Source of the DNA: Crocinitomicaceae bacterium
GTDB taxonomy: Bacteria > Bacteroidota > Bacteroidia > Flavobacteriales_D > Crocinitomicaceae
DNA: 64,000 bases
Reading direction: 5' to 3'
Assembly: GCA_039939375.1 (NCBI GenBank)
Contig: JBDVJO010000005.1
Coordinates: forward strand, 55,715-119,714
Below are positions 56,829-64,000 of the stretch, in pieces. Below the pieces are notes generated by a model. That model was not told the origin of the DNA and ran no database searches. It saw nothing but the letters and a program-made list of their open reading frames with translations. A program made the position numbers and the translations under genes. Position 1 is the stretch's first letter. Every line of letters starts with the position of its first letter.

Positions 56829-59800
56829 TTAGTCTAATGTGATGTTCAATCCAAGTCCTGCCAACTCGTTCAACAATACGTTGAATGATTCTGGTATTCC
56901 AGGTTCTTGGAAATTTTCACCCTTAACAATAGATTCGTAGGCTTTCGCTCTACCCATCACGTCATCCGACTTAATTGTAAGAATCTCTCTTAAAATATTA
57001 GCTGCACCGTAAGCTTCCAGTGCCCAAACTTCCATCTCACCAAAACGCTGACCACCAAACTGTGCTTTACCACCTAATGGTTGTTGTGTAATTAATGAGT
57101 AAGGTCCGATTGAACGAGCGTGCATCTTATCATCAACCATGTGTCCTAGTTTCAACATATAGATGATTCCAACTGTTGCTGGTTGATCAAAGTGCTCACC
57201 AGTGTTACCATCAATTAGGTAAGTTTTACCAAATTTAGGCACACCTGCTTTATCAGTGTATTCGTTAATTTGTTCGATAGAAGCTCCATCAAAAATTGGT
57301 GTAGCAAACTTCACTCCTAGTTCATCTCCTGCCCAACCTAAAACAGTTTCGTAAATCTGTCCAAGGTTCATACGTGAAGGTACCCCTAGTGGGTTCAACA
57401 CGATATCTACTGGAGTTCCGTCTTCTAAGAACGGCATATCTTCTTGACGAACGATATTAGCAACGATACCTTTGTTACCGTGACGTCCTGCCATCTTATC
57501 ACCAACTTTCAATTTACGTTTCTTAGCAACATAAACTTTTGCCATTTTCACGATTCCTGTTGGTAACTCATCACCTACAGAGATTTGGAATTTCTTTCTT
57601 TTGAATACTCCTAATAAATCGTTTGCTTTGATGTTATAGTTGTGAAGTACTCTTTGAATAAGTTTGTTCACTTTTTCATCAGAAGTCCAGTTGTAAGGAT
57701 TCACAATTGCAAAATCAACTGTCGATAAATTCTTCGCTGAGAATTTGATTCCTTTCTTTAAGATCTCTTCTTTATAGTTGTTGTAAACACCTGCTGATTT
57801 TAAATCTGCAAGAATCACTAATAACTTTTCAATTAGAACACCTTTTAAAACATCTGCTTCCTTATCGTATTCTTCATCTAACTGCGCTAAGATTGGCTTA
57901 TCTTTCGCTTTTGTTTTTCTGTCTTTAATTGCTCTTGAGAACAACTTCTTATCAACTACAACACCTCTTAAAGAAGGTCCAGCTTTTAATGAAGCATCTT
58001 TTACATCACCGGCTTTATCACCGAAGATAGCTCTCAATAGTTTTTCTTCTGGAGAAGGATCTGTTTCACCTTTTGGAGTAATTTTCCCGATTAAGATATC
58101 TCCTTCTTTAATATCAGCACCAACTCTAATGATTCCGTTTTCATCTAAGTCTTTAGTAGCCTCTTCAGAAACGTTAGGAATATCAGCAGTTAACTCTTCT
58201 AAACCACGTTTCGTATCTCTTACCTCTAGAGCGTACTCATCAATGTGCACAGAAGTAAAGATATCGTTACGAACGATTTTTTCAGAGATTACGATCGCAT
58301 CCTCAAAGTTATATCCTTGCCAAGGCATGAATGCTACTTTTAAGTTCTGACCTAGTGCTAATTCACCAGCTTGTGTTGCATAACCTTCACATAAAACCTG
58401 ACCTCTTTCTACTTTGTCACCTTTTGTCACGATAGGACGAAGGTTAATTGTAGTAGACTGGTTCGTTTTTTGGAATTTCGTTAATTGGTAAGTTTTCACA
58501 TCTCCATCAAAGTTCACCATCTTATCATCTTTAGATAAGTTGTATTTGATTTTGATTTCGTTTGCGTCAACATACTCAACTACACCATCACCTTCAGCAT
58601 TAATCAATACACGTGAATCACGTGCTACCAATTTCTCGATTCCTGTTCCTACAATTGGAGAATTAGGTTTCAATAATGGTACTGCTTGACGCTGCATGTT
58701 AGATCCCATCAGGGCTCTGTTGGCATCATCATGCTCCAAGAATGGAATTGAAGATGCGGCGATAGATGCAATTTGGTTAGTTCCAACATCCACCATTGCG
58801 ATTTCTTTTGGATCAACAACAGGGAAGTCACCTTCTAACCTTGCTTTAATTTTATCTTTAACAAAGTTTCCTTTATCATCTAGCTCAACACTTGCTTGTG
58901 CGATAATTTTGCCTTCTTCTTCTTCAGCTGATTTATAAATCGGCTCATCTTTGAAGTTAACTTTTCCTTTATTTACTTCCCAATAAGGAGTCTCAATAAA
59001 TCCAAGTTTGTTTACTTTGGCAAATACACAAAGTGAAGAGATTAGACCAATATTCGGTCCCTCTGGTGTTTCAATAGTACAAAGACGCCCGTAGTGTGTG
59101 TAGTGAACATCACGCACCTCAAACCCTGCTCTTTCTCTAGATAAACCTCCAGGCCCTAGTGCTGAAAGTCTTCTTTTGTGAGTTACCTCAGATAGTGGAT
59201 TCGTTTGATCCATGAACTGAGAAAGCTGGTTGGTTCCGAAGAATGAGTTAATTACAGATGATAAAGTCTTCGCGTTAATCAAATCGATTGGCGTAAATAC
59301 TTCATTATCTCTAACATTCATTCTTTCACGGATTGTTCTAGCCATTCTAGCTAAACCAACACCGAACTGGTTATGTAATTGCTCACCAACCGTTCTAACA
59401 CGTCTGTTTGATAAGTGATCAATATCATCAATCTCTGCTTTTGCATTGATTAACTCAATTAGGTACTTAACAATTAAAATGATGTCTTGTTTTGTCAATA
59501 CTTTTTGATCGATATCAGTATCGATACCTAATTTGGTATTGATTCTGAAACGTCCAACTTCACCTAAATCATAACGAGTATCAGAGAAGAATAATTTTTC
59601 AAATACACTTCTTGCTGTTTCGAAATCAGGCGGCTCAGCGTTTCTTAATTGACGATAAATATGTTCAACTGCTTCTTTCTCCGAGTTCGAAGTATCTTTT
59701 TGCAATGTGTTATAGATGATTGCAAAATCAGCAGAGTTTACGTTTTCTTTGTGAAGGATAATTGTTTTTGAACCAGAATCCAAGATTAATTCTTGGTGTT

Positions 59801-60641
59801 CTTTTTCAAGGATAGTTTCACGATCTAGAAGTACTTCATTTCTTTCAATCGACACCACTTCTCCTGTATCCTCATCTACGAAATCTTCTACCCAAGTTTT
59901 TAAAACTCTTGCAGCTAATTTACGACCCAGTGCATTTTTCAATGCGGCCTTAGTTACTTTAACTTCATCTGCAAGGTCAAAGATTTCTAGAATGTCCTTA
60001 TCACTTTCGTATCCGATAGCACGGAACAATGTAGTAACAGGTAATTTTTTCTTACGGTCGATATATGCATACATTACTGAATTGATATCAGTTGCAAATT
60101 CGATCCATGATCCTTTAAAAGGGATAATTCTAGCTGAATAAAGTTTGGTTCCGTTAGCGTGACGAGACTGACCGAAGAAAACTCCAGGCGATCTGTGTAG
60201 CTGAGAAACAATAACTCTTTCAGCACCATTGATAACGAAAGATCCTTTTGGTGTCATATAAGGGATAGTTCCCAAATACACATCTTGTACGATCGTTTCA
60301 AAATCCTCATGCTCAGGATCAGTACAATATAATTTCAACTTTGCTTTCAGTGGAACACTGTAAGTCAATCCTCTATCGATACACTCAACGATTGTATATC
60401 TAGGAGGGTCAATGAAATAATCTAAGAATTCTAAAACGAACTGATTTCTCGTATCCGTAATAGGGAAATTCTCACTAAACACTTTGAAGAGACCTTCTTC
60501 GTTTCTGTTTTCAGGTGTTGTTTCCAACTGAAAGAACTGTCTAAAAGACTCTAACTGTATGTCTAAAAAGTCAGGGTATTCAAATACCTTAGATTGACTT
60601 CTGAAGCTAATTCTTTCGGTAATATTATTTGTTGATCCCAA
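56829..60641 (-). CDS. rpoB: DNA-directed RNA polymerase subunit beta
   Basis: 1270 aa. Conserved RpoB regions, e.g. ...[29 protein letters not shown]... Confidence 0.97.
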   Translation of the reverse strand: MGSTNNITERISFRSQSKVFEYPDFLDIQLESFRQFFQLETTPENRNEEGLFKVFSENFPITDTRNQFVLEFLDYFIDPPRYTIVECIDRGLTYSVPLKAKLKLYCTDPEHEDFETIVQDVYLGTIPYMTPKGSFVINGAERVIVSQLHRSPGVFFGQSRHANGTKLYSARIIPFKGSWIEFATDINSVMYAYIDRKKKLPVTTLFRAIGYESDKDILEIFDLADEVKVTKAALKNALGRKLAARVLKTWVEDFVDEDTGEVVSIERNEVLLDRETILEKEHQELILDSGSKTIILHKENVNSADFAIIYNTLQKDTSNSEKEAVEHIYRQLRNAEPPDFETARSVFEKLFFSDTRYDLGEVGRFRINTKLGIDTDIDQKVLTKQDIILIVKYLIELINAKAEIDDIDHLSNRRVRTVGEQLHNQFGVGLARMARTIRERMNVRDNEVFTPIDLINAKTLSSVINSFFGTNQLSQFMDQTNPLSEVTHKRRLSALGPGGLSRERAGFEVRDVHYTHYGRLCTIETPEGPNIGLISSLCVFAKVNKLGFIETPYWEVNKGKVNFKDEPIYKSAEEEEGKIIAQASVELDDKGNFVKDKIKARLEGDFPVVDPKEIAMVDVGTNQIASIAASSIPFLEHDDANRALMGSNMQRQAVPLLKPNSPIVGTGIEKLVARDSRVLINAEGDGVVEYVDANEIKIKYNLSKDDKMVNFDGDVKTYQLTKFQKTNQSTTINLRPIVTKGDKVERGQVLCEGYATQAGELALGQNLKVAFMPWQGYNFEDAIVISEKIVRNDIFTSVHIDEYALEVRDTKRGLEELTADIPNVSEEATKDLDENGIIRVGADIKEGDILIGKITPKGETDPSPEEKLLRAIFGDKAGDVKDASLKAGPSLRGVVVDKKLFSRAIKDRKTKAKDKPILAQLDEEYDKEADVLKGVLIEKLLVILADLKSAGVYNNYKEEILKKGIKFSAKNLSTVDFAIVNPYNWTSDEKVNKLIQRVLHNYNIKANDLLGVFKRKKFQISVGDELPTGIVKMAKVYVAKKRKLKVGDKMAGRHGNKGIVANIVRQEDMPFLEDGTPVDIVLNPLGVPSRMNLGQIYETVLGWAGDELGVKFATPIFDGASIEQINEYTDKAGVPKFGKTYLIDGNTGEHFDQPATVGIIYMLKLGHMVDDKMHARSIGPYSLITQQPLGGKAQFGGQRFGEMEVWALEAYGAANILREILTIKSDDVMGRAKAYESIVKGENFQEPGIPESFNVLLNELAGLGLNITLD

Positions 60642-60700
60642 GGCTAAAAAATTTAAGTTATCAAAACGCTTATTTAATCATAAGCAATATAAAACAGGAG

Positions 60701-60727
60701 TAGGCACATGCCCGAAAGCAGTGCCTA
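60701..60727 (-). terminator. rplL–rpoB intergenic attenuator or partial terminator hairpin
   Basis: TAGGCAC-a-TGC-ccgaaa-GCA-GTGCCTA, followed on the minus strand by CTCCTGTTTTAT. Confidence 0.55.
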
Positions 60728-60749
60728 TCCTGTGTAAATTAAGTATGTC

Positions 60750-61127
60750 TTACTTAAGCTCTACTTCAGCTCCTGCCTCTTCTAAAGAAGATTTAAGACC
60801 TTCAGCTTCGTCTTTAGAAACAGCTTCTTTAACTGTAGCTGGTGCGCTATCAACTAATTCTTTTGCTTCTTTAAGCCCTTTACCAGTTAATTCTTTAACT
60901 AGTTTTACTACAGCTAGTTTAGAACCACCAGCGGCTTTTAAGATTACGTCAAACTCAGTTTGAGCTTCTGCACCAGCGTCACCACCAGCAGCAGGTCCAG
61001 CAACAGCAACTGCAGCAGCAGCAGCTGGCTCGATTCCATACTCTTCTTTTAAGATATCAGCTAATTCGTTAACGTCTTTTACTGTTAAATTTACTAGCTC
61101 TTCAGCGAATTTTTTTAAATCTGCCAT
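60750..61127 (-). CDS. rplL: 50S ribosomal protein L7/L12
   Basis: 125 aa. Ala-rich hinge and a conserved C-terminal domain (...[19 protein letters not shown]...). Confidence 0.95.
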   Translation of the reverse strand: MADLKKFAEELVNLTVKDVNELADILKEEYGIEPAAAAAVAVAGPAAGGDAGAEAQTEFDVILKAAGGSKLAVVKLVKELTGKGLKEAKELVDSAPATVKEAVSKDEAEGLKSSLEEAGAEVELK

Positions 61128-61156
61128 TTTATTTAATTTTAATTTAAGTTAATTGT

Positions 61157-61684
61157 TTATGCTTCCGTTCTTTCGGAAAGCGTTTTTAAAATACCTGCAA
61201 TTGTTCCGCCACCAGACTTAAGTCCAGAAATAACGTTTTTAGCAGGCGATTGTAGAAGACCAATGATTTCTCCGATAAGCTCTTCTTTAGATTTGATAGC
61301 ACTTAGGAATTCTAAGTTATCATCTCCAGTGTAGATAGCTTCTTCGATAAAAGCACCTTTGATAAGTGGTTTATCGTTTTTCTTTCTGAAATCTTTGATC
61401 AACTTTGCTGGTGCATTACCAACTTCAGAGAACATAATTGCAGTAGGACCAGCAAGCACTCCGTAAAGTTCTTCATAGTTCTTATCTTCAATTTTCTCCA
61501 TGGCTTTCTTAAGCAACGTGTTTTTTACAACTCTTAGCTCAATATTTCCTTTGAAGCATTTTTCTCTTAAAGTATTTACAGTTTCTACATTTAAACCTGC
61601 AGTATCTGTAAGGTAAAAGACACCCGACTCAGACAATTTGGTTGCCAAATCATCAATGTACTTTGATTTTTCCTCTTTCGTCAT
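61157..61684 (-). CDS. rplJ: 50S ribosomal protein L10
   Basis: 175 aa. Typical L10 N-terminus (MTKEEKSKYIDDLATKL...). Confidence 0.93.
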   Translation of the reverse strand: MTKEEKSKYIDDLATKLSESGVFYLTDTAGLNVETVNTLREKCFKGNIELRVVKNTLLKKAMEKIEDKNYEELYGVLAGPTAIMFSEVGNAPAKLIKDFRKKNDKPLIKGAFIEEAIYTGDDNLEFLSAIKSKEELIGEIIGLLQSPAKNVISGLKSGGGTIAGILKTLSERTEA

Positions 61685-61697
61685 AATAGAGTGTTAT

Positions 61698-62393
61698 TTA
61701 GCCAGCAAAACTTTTGGTATCGATTTGGATACCAGGAGACATTGTAGAGCTCATACAGATACTCTTAATGTAAACTCCTTTTGCAGCTGTTGGTTTTAAT
61801 TTAACAATTGATTGAAGTAACTCATTCGCATTTTCTTCGATTTTAGCAGGATCAAAAGATACCTTAGCTACCGCCGAATGAATAATACCGAATTTGTCAA
61901 CTCTAAAGTCAATTTTACCTGCCTTTACTTCAGTAACCGCTTTACCTATGTCCATAGTAACAGTTCCGGTTTTAGGATTCGGCATAAGACCTCTTGGCCC
62001 TAATACTCTACCTAAAGCACCAACTTTACCCATTACAGAAGGCATAGTTACGATCACATCAATATCGGTCCAACCACCTTTGATTTTAGCGATATAATCA
62101 TCTAAACCAACGTGATCCGCACCTGCAGCTTTAGCTTCTTCTTCTTTGTCAGGAGTACATAACACCAATACTTTGACGTCTTTACCTGTACCATGAGGAA
62201 GCGCAACTGTTCCACGTACCATTTGGTTTGCTTTTCTTGGATCAACACCTAATCTAACTGCGATATCAATAGACGCGTCAAATTTTGCGGTTGTGATCTC
62301 CTTAACTAAACTACTCGCTTCAGTCAAGGAATAAGCTTTGTCTTGGTCAATCTTAGCCAAGATCTCTTTTCTTTTCTTACTTACTCTTGCCAT
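61698..62393 (-). CDS. rplA: 50S ribosomal protein L1
   Basis: 231 aa. Contains ...[35 protein letters not shown]... Confidence 0.95.
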   Translation of the reverse strand: MARVSKKRKEILAKIDQDKAYSLTEASSLVKEITTAKFDASIDIAVRLGVDPRKANQMVRGTVALPHGTGKDVKVLVLCTPDKEEEAKAAGADHVGLDDYIAKIKGGWTDIDVIVTMPSVMGKVGALGRVLGPRGLMPNPKTGTVTMDIGKAVTEVKAGKIDFRVDKFGIIHSAVAKVSFDPAKIEENANELLQSIVKLKPTAAKGVYIKSICMSSTMSPGIQIDTKSFAG

Positions 62394-62400
62394 AGCTTAA

Positions 62401-62844
62401 TTATTTAGATTCAGGAAATGCGCCTTGAACAACGATACCCATACTTCTTGCAGTACCTGCTACCATTTTCATTGCTGATTCAACTTTAAAAGCATTCATA
62501 TCCTGAATTTTATCTTCAGCGATTGCTCTTACTTGATCCCAAGAAACTTTTGCTACTTTTACTCTATTTGGTTCCGCAGAACCAGACTTCAATTTCGCAG
62601 CTTCTAATAATTGTACAGCTACCGGAGGAGTTTTAACGATAAAGTCAAAAGACTTGTCGCCATAAACTGTGATCACTACCGGCAATACTTTTCCAGCTTT
62701 CTCTTGGGTTCTCGCATTAAACTGCTTACAGAACTCCATGATGTTTACACCTTTCGCACCTAATGCAGGTCCTACTGGTGGTGCTGGATTAGCTGCTCCA
62801 CCTTTAATTTGAAGCTTGATTAATCCATCAACTTGTTTTGCCAT
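62401..62844 (-). CDS. rplK: 50S ribosomal protein L11
   Basis: 147 aa. Contains ...[24 protein letters not shown]... Confidence 0.95.
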   Translation of the reverse strand: MAKQVDGLIKLQIKGGAANPAPPVGPALGAKGVNIMEFCKQFNARTQEKAGKVLPVVITVYGDKSFDFIVKTPPVAVQLLEAAKLKSGSAEPNRVKVAKVSWDQVRAIAEDKIQDMNAFKVESAMKMVAGTARSMGIVVQGAFPESK

Positions 62845-62936
62845 TTTGCATTGTTTGTGGTAGTACTAGCGTGCGTTAATCGCGGACGGGAAGCATTCAG
62901 AACGTCTACGTAGCACTTCTACCTGTTAATAAAACC
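62845..62936 (-). promoter_or_regulatory. 92-nt nusG–rplK intergenic region, which is the 5' leader and promoter region of the rplKAJL transcript. It is the only candidate site for L1-mediated autoregulation, because the rplA–rplJ gap is only 13 nt
   Basis: Contains small palindromes (CTACGTAG; GTAGCAC..GTGCTAC). Nothing here was verified structurally. Confidence 0.25.
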
Positions 62937-63488
62937 TTAACTGTTTTTATCGACTTGCATGTAATTTAACTCCAGTGGAGTTTTACGGCCGAATATTTTT
63001 ACCATCACCTCTAACTTCTTCTTCTCTTCATTAATATTTTCAATCACCCCGTTAAATCCGTTGAATGGACCGTCAATTACTTTAACAGTTTCTCCAACAA
63101 CATAAGGGATGTTTAATTCTTCTTCTTGCTCAGCTAACTCATCTACTTTACCAAGTATTCTATGAACTTCGCTTTGACGCATTGGCATAGGATCTCCTCC
63201 TTTAACTGCCGCCATGAACCCAATTACATTAGGTACACTTTTAATTACGTGTTGTACTTCACCTTCTAATGCAGCTTCGATTAACACGTATCCAGGTAAA
63301 TAATTTCTTTCCTTGCTGATTTTTTTACCGTTTCTTATTTGGTAAACTTTCTCAGTAGGGATTAGCACTTGTCCAACCAGGTGCTCCAATTTGTGACGTT
63401 TAATTTCAAGCTCGATATAATCACGAACTTTCTTTTCTTTACCACCAATTGCTCTTACAACGTACCAACGTTTTTTTACTTCAGCCAT
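62937..63488 (-). CDS. nusG: Transcription termination/antitermination factor NusG
   Basis: 183 aa. An NGN domain (WYVVRAIGGKEKKV...) plus a KOW domain (...VGETVKVIDGPFNGFNGVIENINEEKKKLEVMVKIFGR). Confidence 0.93.
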   Translation of the reverse strand: MAEVKKRWYVVRAIGGKEKKVRDYIELEIKRHKLEHLVGQVLIPTEKVYQIRNGKKISKERNYLPGYVLIEAALEGEVQHVIKSVPNVIGFMAAVKGGDPMPMRQSEVHRILGKVDELAEQEEELNIPYVVGETVKVIDGPFNGFNGVIENINEEKKKLEVMVKIFGRKTPLELNYMQVDKNS

Positions 63489-63751
63489 TATCCTTGTTTA
63501 TATACACCCATTAAATCATAGTAAAAACCTAATACCCCAGGCCAGAAACCGAAGTCTGCTGCCCCTGTTGCTTGGTCATACTTTACATTGATTCCGAAAA
63601 CGTAGTCCATTGCGAATATCATTAAAGCAAAAATTACCGAAGCAACGAGTACTACGATAGAGCTACTTTGAAGTTGTTCCCACGTTGGCCATGTTACTTT
63701 GTGTACAAGCTCGTTGTAAGAATCTTCAATATATTGTATAATGTTTGCCAC
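63488..63751 (-). CDS. secE: Preprotein translocase subunit SecE. It has a GTG start and an unusually long C-terminal tail of about 30 aa that reaches, and overlaps by 1 nt, the nusG ATG
   Basis: MANIIQYIEDSYNELVHKVTWPTWEQLQSSSIVVLVASVIFALMIFAMDYVF is SecE-like. It is followed by GINVKYDQATGAADFGFWPGVLGFYYDLMGVYKQG. The stop TAA and the nusG ATG share one nucleotide (TAATG). Confidence 0.75.
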   Translation of the reverse strand: MANIIQYIEDSYNELVHKVTWPTWEQLQSSSIVVLVASVIFALMIFAMDYVFGINVKYDQATGAADFGFWPGVLGFYYDLMGVYKQG

Positions 63752-63823
63752 TTTATTTCAATTTTAAATTGTCAAGTAAATGACTTAAGGTTGAGAATAG
63801 CTCAACCTTTTATTTCTTTTTTG

Positions 63824-63894
63824 CACGGGTGGAAGGATTCGAACCCTCATCAACGGTGTTGGAGACCGGCATTCTACCATTGAACTACACCCGT
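63824..63894 (-). tRNA. tRNA-Trp (anticodon CCA)
   Basis: The rev-comp folds as a cloverleaf: acceptor ACGGGTG/CACCCGT, D-arm GTTC-AATGGTA-GAAT, anticodon loop CTCCAAC, T-arm with TTCGAATC. Its position between tuf and secE is the conserved location. Confidence 0.85.
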
Positions 63895-63896
63895 AA

Positions 63897-63925
63897 AAAG
63901 AGAGAAGCCGAAGCTTCTCTCTTGG
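63897..63925 (-). terminator. Rho-independent terminator after tuf
   Basis: Minus strand reads AAGAGAGAAGC-ttcg-GCTTCTCTCTT followed by TTTTT. Confidence 0.7.
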
Positions 63926-63940
63926 TATATTATGAGTTTA

Positions 63941-64000
63941 TTACTCGATAATTTCAGTAACCTGACCAGCACCAACTGTTCTACCACCTTCTCTAATTGC
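63941..64000 (-). CDS. tuf: Elongation factor Tu, 3' end only (the N-terminal part lies beyond the window end)
   Basis: The rev-comp of the window end translates to ...AIREGGRTVGAGQVTEIIE*, the conserved EF-Tu C-terminus. Confidence 0.85.
   Translation of the reverse strand, partial: AIREGGRTVGAGQVTEIIE

Noticed and set aside
1-64000. CRISPR arrays, rRNA genes, integrases, transposases, prophage blocks
   Set aside because: No regularly spaced 25-40-bp direct repeats with unique spacers were seen. The only tandem repeats are intragenic protein-domain repeats (228 bp and about 900 bp) or short intergenic modules. No recombinase or transposase-like ORF was recognised.

Overview
Chromosomal window from an AT-rich Bacteroidetes genome. 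The class Flavobacteriia is suggested by four cargo proteins with type IX secretion system (T9SS) C-terminal sorting domains, a giant gliding-adhesin-like protein with SprB and HYR repeats, and a layout with no Shine-Dalgarno sequences. The right end is the conserved tuf–tRNA-Trp–secE–nusG–rplKAJL–rpoBC core cluster on the minus strand. The left 52 kb is largely accessory. It holds two giant repetitive surface proteins (one over 5 kb and truncated at the window edge, one 7.3 kb). It also holds a sulfur-handling cluster: two rhodaneses, a CstB-like persulfide dioxygenase–rhodanese fusion, and a SulP/STAS permease. A molybdenum-cofactor cluster follows (moeA, moaE, moaC–mogA fusion, moaD, plus a TauE/SafE sulfite exporter), then an NfeD–flotillin pair, a SpoIIE/PP2C phosphatase, and several small membrane-protein paralogs. 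No CRISPR array, rRNA, integrase or transposase was seen. The most unusual non-coding features are these. (1) A 191-nt element present in two ~95% identical copies immediately upstream of moaE and of moaC–mogA; one copy carries a 213-bp MITE-like insertion flanked by a 6-bp direct repeat. (2) Two intergenic repeat islands (45970–46316 and 49796–50128) that share short modules: REP-like CCGCTGACCGAGCGG hairpins, a C5/G5 hairpin motif also found upstream of moaE, heptamer microsatellites, and a 67-bp tandem pair that supplies the stop codon of the phosphatase gene. All coordinates were counted by hand from the printed sequence or taken from the ORF track. Functional calls rest on motifs I recognise, not on database searches.
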